62,427 nt of DNA from an uncultured Anaerolineales bacterium (lineage in GTDB: Bacteria; Chloroflexota; Anaerolineae; B4-G1), in assembly GCA_964551295.1 (NCBI GenBank), contig CAZKDJ010000001.1, positions 1 through 62,427 of the forward strand, in the 5' to 3' direction. A model generated the notes under the pieces. The model was not told where the DNA came from, did not search any database, and saw only the letters and a program-made list of their open reading frames with translations. The translations under genes were made by a program, and so were the position numbers. Positions 1-7,451 of this stretch are shown here, one piece after another (the first letter of the stretch is position 1; each line of letters begins with the position of its first letter).

Positions 1-50
1 CCGCTGATGGCCTTGACGGCGCTGTATCCTACGTCGAGTCCTACGTTCAT
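1..50 (-). CDS. 5' fragment of a probable ParM/StbA-family actin-like protein (runs off the window edge)
   Basis: Minus strand reads ATG AAC GTA GGA CTC GAC GTA GGA TAC AGC GCC GTC AAG = MNVGLDVGYSAVKAISG, matching the actin-fold phosphate-1 motif (xGxDxGY..K). It has a GGAGG SD and an ATGA overlap with the upstream HTH stop. Only 16 codons are visible. Confidence 0.6.
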   Translation of the reverse strand, partial: MNVGLDVGYSAVKAIS

Positions 51-316
51 TGGTTGCCTCCTGGGGTTGATTTGTTGCGCCCGCGGCCCTTTTGGGCCAG
101 ATCCTTACGCCAGGGGTTGTGGCGCTGATCGCCCAGGGCGTCCATTTGAGCTTTATACACCAGCAGGCTCTCCTGGTTGATCAGCCAGTCGCGGCCGACC
201 TTACGGGCCTCGACACGGCCATGGTTGGCCAGCCGACGCAGGTAGGCCGAGGCGTAGCCGGTGAGGGTTTCTGCTTGTTCGGTGCTGATCCAGCCTTCTG
301 CAATTGGTTCGGGCAT
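47..316 (-). CDS. Excisionase-like helix-turn-helix DNA-binding protein (HTH_17/MerR-like), 89 aa
   Basis: WISTEQAETLTGY..YLRRL...GRVEARKVGRDWLI pattern. ATG at 316 has an AGGAGG SD; the track start at 433 is an over-extension. Confidence 0.8.
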   Translation of the reverse strand: MPEPIAEGWISTEQAETLTGYASAYLRRLANHGRVEARKVGRDWLINQESLLVYKAQMDALGDQRHNPWRKDLAQKGRGRNKSTPGGNQ

Positions 317-376
317 TGTAGCCTCCTGATCTATTCTGTGTTGTCGCTTTAGAGGGACAACTTGCCGCAAAACAAG

Positions 377-394
377 ACGGGACGGTTGTCCCGT
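377..394. promoter_or_regulatory. Inverted repeat in the HTH gene leader (possible operator or RNA hairpin)
   Basis: ACGGGAC-GGTT-GTCCCGT, lying just downstream of the 405-433 promoter. Confidence 0.45.
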
Positions 395-404
395 TTGCGA
401 CTCC

Positions 405-433
405 AGTATACTACAAGGAAAAGATGTTGTCAA
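405..433 (-). promoter_or_regulatory. Sigma70-type promoter for the HTH-ParM-like operon
   Basis: Minus strand TTGACA (433-428), 17 nt spacer, TATACT (410-405). Confidence 0.7.
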
Positions 434-469
434 TTGTTACAGCTAGATGATCTGCAAGACACAGCACAC

Positions 470-3400
470 TTAGCCAGATTCAGAAGGCGGCTCATTCGAT
501 GAGGTCATTTGCTCACGCCTCCAACGAAGTAGCTCAAGGACTGGGGCATCCTTCTGTGCTTCTGGTATGATGGGGGCATCCTCCTCGTGGATGCCTGCAC
601 TGTCAACATCATGTCTGCCAATCTCCCAAGCTTCTCGTATGTGCAATTCCCGTTTGACCAGATAGTAATCCCAAAAGATCTCCAAATCAGACAGGTCAGA
701 CTGATCACCCCTCGCGATGGAGGGAATAAGGTAGTAACCGCCGAAAGCCGCATAACTGTGAAGGAACATCTCAAGATTCTGATCCGATGTAGGCACCATT
801 GTGTTGACGCGACAAGCAAAGGCAAGTAGTCGCATGTCCGGCTGTGACTGTGCGATTTCAGGATTGGCACCGATGACAACTCGGTAAGAAAAGGGATTGG
901 CCTTATCGATACCGCGTATGACAGCAATACGAAGGCATTCCATCGTATCATGCGTCCCTAGCTCGCTGTGCCATTGAGCGAATATCTGCTTGGCAACTTC
1001 GCCATCTTCGAATATCGGAGCAAGGACGGGGGGAAACGATTCGTCAGGGGAAATAAGAAAACCTGTCCCATGCCACTTTGCTTTACTCCAGAGTGGGTCG
1101 CGTATGAACGAAATAGTCCGAATCTGAGTGTGTTTGGCATGGCCCTGAGCGAGCAGCTCAGGAGGCGGCCTTCTCTCACTTGTTGGGGGTGTCGAGAATC
1201 CAGCATCTAGATCTGGTTGCCTCTCAATGTGAGTATCATCCGCATCCCATGCCTTGGAACGCTTGAGTGGGTACTTGCCGACTTCTGGATCTGCCCAACT
1301 TGAAATCCGGTTCTTGGGTTCATGCCCCAGTACGTTACCCACGGTTATGAAGCTGCTTGTAAAACCGATGGAGCGGTCAAGTGCACGCTCGTCGCGGAAC
1401 AGCTTTTCAAGAATCTCATCAGGGTTTGCGATCAACAGAATTCTGGCACTGAGAGCCGCTAAAAGTTCGAGTAACTTCCCTCTTACTTCACCTTGGGTCT
1501 CAGGCGACATGCTGTGGGGATCAAATGCAGAGCAGACAATATCAATATGGGGCCTACCAGCATGATCTCGCAGATCGAATCCGAACGGCTGCTTGGCGAA
1601 GTCTGACTTTCGCACAGTTATGGTAAGAACAGGCTCGCGCGCTATGACTCCCTCAAGGATACTTGTGGAGAACAAGCTCTCAAGCGCAGCAAGTAGCGAT
1701 TCTGCCAGTTCAACGCAAGGCGAGTTATTCTTACTTTCCACAGTAATTTGACAGCCAAGCACAGCAGAACTAAGTTTGACTTCTCTTCTCGCATAGAACA
1801 AAGGCCTCTCGGGCAAATCCTCTAGAGCTGGCTGATTACGCCACTTAAGAAAGATGGTACGTAAATCTGTATCTCCCCAAGCCTCGCGATAGCCCTTATC
1901 TTGAAGCTCCTCCTCATAACCAAGCGCGTAGGTGAGTGCGATTGAGGCACCAGGCAAACCCAATCTCTCAAGAACATCGGGGAAAGTTGAAAGCCATTTG
2001 AGTTCCCAGAGATCTGTCTTCAATAGAAGAATTCCCAAGATCAAATCGAATTCTAGATCTCCCTCGGATAGACAAGCTCCGTCGTATCCTTGATCAACAA
2101 GGGCAACTCTAGCGATACTGTCTACCTCGTGCCACGCAAGGATTTGGGGCAGACGACCAAGCTGTAGCTCCAACCACTTCAGTCGCCTGTAACAAGCAGC
2201 TTGCAACGGCGTGACGTCCCCGTATCGCCATAGCTCATCGGTGGCAAGGGATGCCGCAGCTAGCAAAGTACCACGTGCTGCCCACAAAAGTCCTACGCGT
2301 TCATAGGCACACCCGCACGAGTACAAAGCATGCACGGAGTCGTAACGGCTCTCGTGCTTGTATAGGCGCCGTAGCGCACGTCCAAGCAGTTTTATAGCAT
2401 CATAGGGGTGATCGGCTTCAAGCTGCTGGTCACCGCGTTTGAGCAACATGCGAGCGGCAGAGATCCCTCCTTTTCGAGTTGAAATAGTCTTAACAATAGT
2501 TTCGAATAACTCGTCATAGGCTGGCATACCATCGAGAAACTCGCCTAATTCCGTCAATATCTCTGCCTGGGGCTCAAGTGGATAACCCGCGAGATCTTCG
2601 CCTTGTTGGATTACATCCTGAAGATCGCGGAGAACTGCGTCTACTGGTTCCTGAGAAGCGAGCTTTTGCATGAGCTGCATCTCAAGAAGCATGGTTTGAG
2701 CCTGAAGAGATGTGCTTGGTCTGTTTTCCTCCTGACTCAGCCGTTCCAATTCTTGAGTGAGGATGTCCGTATGCGCTTGAAAAACTTCCCTGTCAGGCCC
2801 GGCCTCGCCCATAGCTGTGCGCAGCGCACACCACAGATTGAAGAGACGTTCAAGATCGTACGAATTTCGACTTCCCTTCGTACGCTCTTCAACAGTCTTG
2901 TAGAGTTTAACGAACTCCTCATAGTCCTCGTACCACCAGAAGATTGTCCATGCCTTCTGGTACGCACACTCTAGAAGCTGGTATTGGGTTCCGCACTTGG
3001 CCGCGATTCGCTCTGCGCGCTCAAACCGGCCTATGGTCTCGGTACGCGGCTGCTCAAGCTCCCTCGACAAGATAGCTGTATTGATGCAATCATCTGCAAG
3101 CGACGAGCTAAATCGCTGTTGCTGAATTAACTCCTCAATCCGTCCCTCTAGCTCGTTCAGTTCTTCCTCTCGCTGTGTATCGAGCGGTCCCTTGCGTACC
3201 TCTTCTCGAGTTGACGTGATGATCTCAAGCTCCTCAATAGCGAGTTCCTCACGTCCATTGCCGAACACTTTGTCGAGTATCCAGGTGAGATCCAGGATTC
3301 TTACATCAAGGTTGTGCTTCGCGCTCAGTTCATCTTCCAGCTCGGCACGTGCTTTGTCACGGATGAACTGGTTGCTCACAAAAAAGGCTTTTTGGTAATC

Positions 3401-3808
3401 TCGCCCAGTCGAAGCGATCTTTGCTATGTCAGAGCGCAATTTTCCTCTCCACTTCTTCTTTGCGCTAAACGCAAATGCCCACCTCTCGGAAGCAGCTTCT
3501 CTCCCAATTCCCATATACCATCCAAGCGCGAGATCATCTGCTACGGGATATGTCTCCGAATCCACTTTGCTGTCGCCACCTCCTGTGGGGCCTGTCTGTG
3601 GCAGCAGATTAGGACATATTTCCAGCTCGGCCAAACGCCGAGCAAAATGCTCAAATTTGACCTCTTGACTGCGACTTGTGAGTGTGCTGAGGTGATACTC
3701 CAACATTGACCGATCCAGTCTTGGTTCTTCCTGGATGATAGTATCCGAGAATCTCTCAGGGCGTCGTGCTCTTAGGAATTCCTTGGGCGAAAAACTTCCA
3801 GTTTTCAT
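470..3808 (-). CDS. Large protein with an N-terminal restriction-endonuclease-like (PD-(D/E)xK-type) domain, central TPR-like helical repeats and an unknown C-terminal domain; candidate defence protein
   Basis: 1115-aa ORF (ATG 3808, or GTG 3817). N-terminus FEHFARRL..GPTGGGDSKVD..RWAFAFSAKKKW..KLRSDIAKI resembles REase folds fused to NLR/TPR proteins. AxxLLxxGxxxL / ALYxCGxAY helical repeats follow. AT-richer than the flanking chromosome. Confidence 0.55.
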   Translation of the reverse strand: MKTGSFSPKEFLRARRPERFSDTIIQEEPRLDRSMLEYHLSTLTSRSQEVKFEHFARRLAELEICPNLLPQTGPTGGGDSKVDSETYPVADDLALGWYMGIGREAASERWAFAFSAKKKWRGKLRSDIAKIASTGRDYQKAFFVSNQFIRDKARAELEDELSAKHNLDVRILDLTWILDKVFGNGREELAIEELEIITSTREEVRKGPLDTQREEELNELEGRIEELIQQQRFSSSLADDCINTAILSRELEQPRTETIGRFERAERIAAKCGTQYQLLECAYQKAWTIFWWYEDYEEFVKLYKTVEERTKGSRNSYDLERLFNLWCALRTAMGEAGPDREVFQAHTDILTQELERLSQEENRPSTSLQAQTMLLEMQLMQKLASQEPVDAVLRDLQDVIQQGEDLAGYPLEPQAEILTELGEFLDGMPAYDELFETIVKTISTRKGGISAARMLLKRGDQQLEADHPYDAIKLLGRALRRLYKHESRYDSVHALYSCGCAYERVGLLWAARGTLLAAASLATDELWRYGDVTPLQAACYRRLKWLELQLGRLPQILAWHEVDSIARVALVDQGYDGACLSEGDLEFDLILGILLLKTDLWELKWLSTFPDVLERLGLPGASIALTYALGYEEELQDKGYREAWGDTDLRTIFLKWRNQPALEDLPERPLFYARREVKLSSAVLGCQITVESKNNSPCVELAESLLAALESLFSTSILEGVIAREPVLTITVRKSDFAKQPFGFDLRDHAGRPHIDIVCSAFDPHSMSPETQGEVRGKLLELLAALSARILLIANPDEILEKLFRDERALDRSIGFTSSFITVGNVLGHEPKNRISSWADPEVGKYPLKRSKAWDADDTHIERQPDLDAGFSTPPTSERRPPPELLAQGHAKHTQIRTISFIRDPLWSKAKWHGTGFLISPDESFPPVLAPIFEDGEVAKQIFAQWHSELGTHDTMECLRIAVIRGIDKANPFSYRVVIGANPEIAQSQPDMRLLAFACRVNTMVPTSDQNLEMFLHSYAAFGGYYLIPSIARGDQSDLSDLEIFWDYYLVKRELHIREAWEIGRHDVDSAGIHEEDAPIIPEAQKDAPVLELLRWRREQMTSSNEPPSESG

Positions 3809-3968
3809 AGAATACACTTGTGGTTATCAAATGGCAGCAGGCCAAATCTTGAATCAGTCTCGATGCCTTCAACCAGCATCTTTTCGACCCTTGAAGTTCT
3901 GTACTCCCTTATGACTATGCTTTTTGAGCAGGCGAAAAGGCAGAAAGAAATTACTGGGCATTACCTGC

Positions 3969-4856
3969 TCACTCTGGCCTATCTGGTTTGCTATAAACAT
4001 ATCCCCTTGGAATCGTTGTAGGTGAGTCTATGTAGCCCAAGCTCGCCATCTCCTCAACCGCGATCAATTCCAGTCCTGCTTGCTCAAAGCAAGGCCTAAA
4101 GTCATCGTGAGGCATAAAGCGCCTTGAGTGTTTATCCTGAGCGCTATCTCTTTTGGTAGCTCCCACTACAACGACTCGTCCAGTAGCTGGTTTTGTAAGT
4201 GCTGCCAGATTCCGAATTGCGGCACACCAATCCCTGTCTTCGTTGACAAGATAATCCAAGACATTGCAGCAGTACACCAGATCACAATGGCCATCTGGCC
4301 ATCGAATCTGCGTACGATCCAATATATCGCCTTGAACAAACTCAGGTGCAGCATCACCCTTAACGCATGTCTTGATGGAAACCGGCACTTGGCATTCCCA
4401 CCACTCACAGAGTTGTCGGATATCTCTAGCCAAGTCCTCTGGAGCACCGGGGGGCACAGTCATATTCAGGAACTTGGGAACCCATCTAGCTAGGCGACTC
4501 AAGCCCCCAATCAAGTGATAACGAGCAAAATCTATGCTCTTCTGAGAGATATCTACTCCGAGTGCCTCAACTGCATCCAGGCCCCATGTCAAAGCAAAGG
4601 TTTGACGGCCATGTGAACATCCAGCATCTAGAATCACTTCAGTACGTGGCACTAGTCCACGGAACCAATTGAGCTGATCAAGATAATCCTCGAACTTTTT
4701 GTCCTTAAAAGTTAGAGCAGATGCTTGCCTAAAACTAAAGGACGTATTTAATTCGCGGACGCATGTCTCAATTTCCTCTCCGAGCGCTGTGCTTGAGGTT
4801 GAAGGAGGATAAGGTATTACCCAATCTACTGGTGTAGAAGCAACACTGCCTAGCAT
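3969..4856 (-). CDS. Class I SAM-dependent methyltransferase (small-molecule/peptide type)
   Basis: Motif I ILDAGCSHG, LGVDIS, FVQGDI and CDLVYCCNVLDYL. No DPPY/NPPY or PC motif of DNA methyltransferases. Start uncertain (TTG 4868 or ATG 4856). Confidence 0.8.
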   Translation of the reverse strand: MLGSVASTPVDWVIPYPPSTSSTALGEEIETCVRELNTSFSFRQASALTFKDKKFEDYLDQLNWFRGLVPRTEVILDAGCSHGRQTFALTWGLDAVEALGVDISQKSIDFARYHLIGGLSRLARWVPKFLNMTVPPGAPEDLARDIRQLCEWWECQVPVSIKTCVKGDAAPEFVQGDILDRTQIRWPDGHCDLVYCCNVLDYLVNEDRDWCAAIRNLAALTKPATGRVVVVGATKRDSAQDKHSRRFMPHDDFRPCFEQAGLELIAVEEMASLGYIDSPTTIPRGYVYSKPDRPE

Positions 4857-4869
4857 TGTTTGCGGCAAG

Positions 4870-4956
4870 CTATCCGATAAGCGACAGGCATAGGCATCCG
4901 CCTCCCTTGCCTCTCGATTTCACCTCCAGAACCGGGGAGACTACGCCCACTTTCAC
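4870..4956 (-). CDS. Possible 28-aa peptide MKVGVVSPVLEVKSRGKGGGCLCLSLIG
   Basis: GTG at 4956 is preceded by AAGGAGGGAG. The stop ends 1 nt before the methyltransferase TTG. Confidence 0.3.
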   Translation of the reverse strand: MKVGVVSPVLEVKSRGKGGGCLCLSLIG

Positions 4957-5063
4957 TTGCTTTTCTCCCTCCTTCCTGGTTTCGTGATTATGTTTCAGAG
5001 ATGTTATTGGAAGAAACAACGCAATACGAGTGTTCGACTTGGTGGGAAACAAAACTGGGGAAA

Positions 5064-5312
5064 TCAACCCCTCCCATCGCCTTTCCGCCCCCCCTCCATT
5101 CGCCAAGGGCTGTGCTTCTGCGAGCCCAATTGCTCCATCTTTTTGGCATAAGCTAAAACATCAGTCTTTTTTAGGAACCAATCGCGACCGCGCTTCTTGG
5201 CTTTCAGCACCCCACGGCTAATGGCTTTGCGGATGTAACTAGGGGTATAGCCGGCCAACTCGGCGGCTTCCGCCGTGGTGATCCACTTCGTGGGATTAAA
5301 GTCTTCTGTCAT
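5064..5312 (-). CDS. Excisionase-like HTH DNA-binding protein, 82 aa (paralogue of 47-316)
   Basis: WITTAEAAELAGY..YIRK...GVLKAKKRGRDW; 26 of 62 ungapped positions are identical to the 47-316 protein. Confidence 0.8.
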   Translation of the reverse strand: MTEDFNPTKWITTAEAAELAGYTPSYIRKAISRGVLKAKKRGRDWFLKKTDVLAYAKKMEQLGSQKHSPWRMEGGRKGDGRG

Positions 5313-5334
5313 AGGTCTCGTCCGCGCGTCAAAA

Positions 5335-5366
5335 ATGCAATACCCCACCCAAGATTGGGCGGGGTA
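5335..5366 (-). terminator. Probable intrinsic terminator downstream of tRNA-Lys
   Basis: TACCCCACCCAA-GA-TTGGGCGGGGTA stem (5341-5366), followed on the minus strand by TTGCATTTTT. Confidence 0.55.
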
Positions 5367-5401
5367 TCTCCCTTGGGGGTGAGCAACCTCTACCCCACCT
5401 A

Positions 5402-5477
5402 GGTGACCCGCATAGGACTCGAACCTATAACCAAGGGATTAAGAGTCCCCTGCTCTGCCAAATTGAGCTAGCGGGCC
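5402..5477 (-). tRNA. tRNA-Lys (anticodon CTT)
   Basis: Cloverleaf with acceptor GGCCCGC/GCGGGTC, D-arm AGCTCAATTTGGCAGAGC, anticodon arm GGGGA-CT-CTT-AA-TCCCT and T-loop GGTTCGAGTCC. The 3' end reads ACCT, so CCA is not fully encoded. Confidence 0.95.
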
Positions 5478-5488
5478 AAAGCGGGGCA

Positions 5489-5516
5489 ATTATACCGCGA
5501 GCAAATCATTTGTCAA
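5489..5516 (-). promoter_or_regulatory. Consensus sigma70 promoter for tRNA-Lys
   Basis: Minus strand TTGACA (5516-5511), 16 nt spacer, TATAAT (5494-5489). Confidence 0.75.
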
Positions 5517-5538
5517 GATACGCGCTTTCTGCTATCAT
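5510..5538 (+). promoter_or_regulatory. Sigma70 promoter for surE (likely leaderless mRNA)
   Basis: TTGTCA (5510-5515), 17 nt spacer, TG-C-TATCAT (5533-5538). GTG at 5546 lies at the expected +1. Confidence 0.6.
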
Positions 5539-5545
5539 TGCCCGC

Positions 5546-6373
5546 GTGCCAACCCACACGGAAAACCCTCCTCTAATCCTGATCACCAACGACGATGGCA
5601 TCACCTCGCCCGGCCTGCTCGCCGCGGCACAGGCCGCCCTGCCCCTGGGAGAGATCCTCGTCGTCGCCTCCAACCGGCAGTGGTCGGGGGCCGGCCGCAG
5701 CATGCCTCGGGCCGAAGGCCGCATCACCCCCTTCGCGATGGAGATAGACGGGCAGCCGGTCGCCGCCTACCAGACCGATGCCTCCCCGGCGCTGATAGTG
5801 ATCCACGCGCTGCACGAACTGGCCCCACGCCCTCCAGCGCTCCTCATCTCCGGCATCAATTACGGCGAGAACCTGGGCAGCGACGTAACCATCTCCGGCA
5901 CCGTCGGCGCAGCGCTGCAAGCGGCCGTCTGCGGCATCCCGGCCCTGGCCGCCTCTCTCCAGACACCCAAAGAGACTCACACCAAGCCGTGCGACAGCGT
6001 CGATTTTTCTACCGCGGTCCATTTCACCCGCACGTTTGCCCGGCAGATGCTGCAAACATCGCTACCCTCCGACGTCGACGTGCTCAAGCTGGACGTGCCC
6101 GACGACGCCACGCCACACACGCCCTGGCGGCTGACGCGCGTCTCGCGCCGGCCCTACTTTGTCACCATCCCACCGCAGAGAACCAGCCTGGCCGAGCCCC
6201 TGACGCTCGACTATGATACGACACCCCATCCCGAACACGTCGAGCCCGATTCCGATATCTACGCCCTGGCCGTCGACCGCGTCGTCTCTGTCGCCCCGTT
6301 GAGCATAGACCTGACCACCCGCGCGGATTTTGATGAAATAAGTACCTTACTGCGTTCTTCCACCTCACTTTGA
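5546..6373 (+). CDS. surE: 5'/3'-nucleotidase SurE
   Basis: LILITNDDG..SPG, SG.G.S and SGINYGENLG...ISGTVGAA motifs. Confidence 0.92.
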   Translation: MPTHTENPPLILITNDDGITSPGLLAAAQAALPLGEILVVASNRQWSGAGRSMPRAEGRITPFAMEIDGQPVAAYQTDASPALIVIHALHELAPRPPALLISGINYGENLGSDVTISGTVGAALQAAVCGIPALAASLQTPKETHTKPCDSVDFSTAVHFTRTFARQMLQTSLPSDVDVLKLDVPDDATPHTPWRLTRVSRRPYFVTIPPQRTSLAEPLTLDYDTTPHPEHVEPDSDIYALAVDRVVSVAPLSIDLTTRADFDEISTLLRSSTSL

Positions 6374-6397
6374 CCCGCTGGGCCAGTGTGCTATAAT
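6370..6397 (+). promoter_or_regulatory. Sigma70 promoter for the glycosyltransferase operon
   Basis: TTGACC (6370-6375), 16 nt spacer, extended -10 TG-C-TATAAT (6392-6397). Confidence 0.65.
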
Positions 6398-6431
6398 GCG
6401 TCGTTGCATAACGCACAAACGGATAGACCCT

Positions 6432-7451
6432 ATGAACATAACAAAACCTTCTCTCGACATCTCCGTCGTCCTGCCGGTCTACAACGAACAGGACCCTCTC
6501 CCCAGCGTGATCCCGGAACTATCGGCGGTGCTGCGCGGCCTGAGTCGCAGCTACGAGATCATCGCCGTGGACGATGGCAGTACCGACAATACCGTAGGCG
6601 TCCTGCGCCGCCTGCAAGAGCGTGAACCCAATCTGCGCATCATCCAGTTCCGCCGCAATTTCGGGCAGACGCCCGCGTTCCAGGCCGGGTTTGACCATGC
6701 CCGAGGGGAAATCATCATCACCATGGACGCCGACGGTCAACAGGACCCCGCCGATATCCCCGCCCTGCTGAAGAAGCTGGAAGAGGGAAATTACGATCTG
6801 GTCAACGGGTGGCGGCAGAACCGCAAGGAACCCCTGACCCGCAAGGCGCTCTCATTCCTCGGCAACTTGGTCATCGCTAACGCCAGCGCCATCCGGATAC
6901 ACGACCGCGGCTGCTCGCTGAAGGCGTTCCGCCGCGATCTGGCTAAACAGATGAACCTCTACGGCGAACTCCACCGCTTCCTCCCGGAGATGGCCAACCT
7001 GATCGGCGCGCGCATCGGCGAGGCACCCGTCAACGACCGCCCGCGCAAGGCGGGGAAATCCAAGTACGGCGCCTTCTCCCGCGCCCCCCGCGTCCTCCTC
7101 GACCTGTTGACTGTCTCGTTCCTCCTGGGCTACTCCCACCGCCCGATGCAGCTTTTCGGCCGGGTGGGATTGGCCAGCAGCGGCGTGGGCGGGCTCATCC
7201 TCCTGTACCTGGGGGGGGCCAAGATCATCAGCGGCCTGATCGGCGGCGCGGAGGGGTTCCGCGCCTATCGCATCGGCGACAGCCCGTGGCTGATGCTGGG
7301 CGTGCTGCTGACCGTGCTCGGCGTCCAATTCCTGATGATGGGGCTGCTGGGCGAAATTCTGACCCGCACCTATCACGAGGCACAGAAGAAACCCATCTAT
7401 GCAGTACGCAAGGTGTGGGAGGCCGGCCCTGAAGACGAGGAGGAATTATGA
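6432..7451 (+). CDS. GT2 family polyprenyl-phosphate glycosyltransferase (ArnC/DPM synthase-like)
   Basis: ISVVLPVYNE, IIAVDDGSTD, RRNFGQ, ITMDADGQQDP (DxD) and two C-terminal TM helices. Confidence 0.9.
   Translation: MNITKPSLDISVVLPVYNEQDPLPSVIPELSAVLRGLSRSYEIIAVDDGSTDNTVGVLRRLQEREPNLRIIQFRRNFGQTPAFQAGFDHARGEIIITMDADGQQDPADIPALLKKLEEGNYDLVNGWRQNRKEPLTRKALSFLGNLVIANASAIRIHDRGCSLKAFRRDLAKQMNLYGELHRFLPEMANLIGARIGEAPVNDRPRKAGKSKYGAFSRAPRVLLDLLTVSFLLGYSHRPMQLFGRVGLASSGVGGLILLYLGGAKIISGLIGGAEGFRAYRIGDSPWLMLGVLLTVLGVQFLMMGLLGEILTRTYHEAQKKPIYAVRKVWEAGPEDEEEL

Larger units (their letters stand above)
1..5400. mobile_element. Putative genomic island / integrative element end at the tRNA-Lys 3' end
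   Basis: AT-richer cargo, excisionase-like HTHs, a ParM-like gene and position directly 3' of a tRNA. No integrase or second att copy is visible in the window. Confidence 0.55.

Noticed and set aside
470-4868. Methyltransferase + REase-like gene as a restriction-modification system
   Set aside because: The methyltransferase lacks DPPY/NPPY or PC catalytic motifs and looks like a small-molecule class I enzyme.
5341-5405. TACCCCACC direct repeat (5341, 5391) and CACCTAGGTG palindrome as a complete attL/attR pair
   Set aside because: Too short and too close together to bound an element; better explained by the terminator hairpin, although an att relic cannot be excluded.
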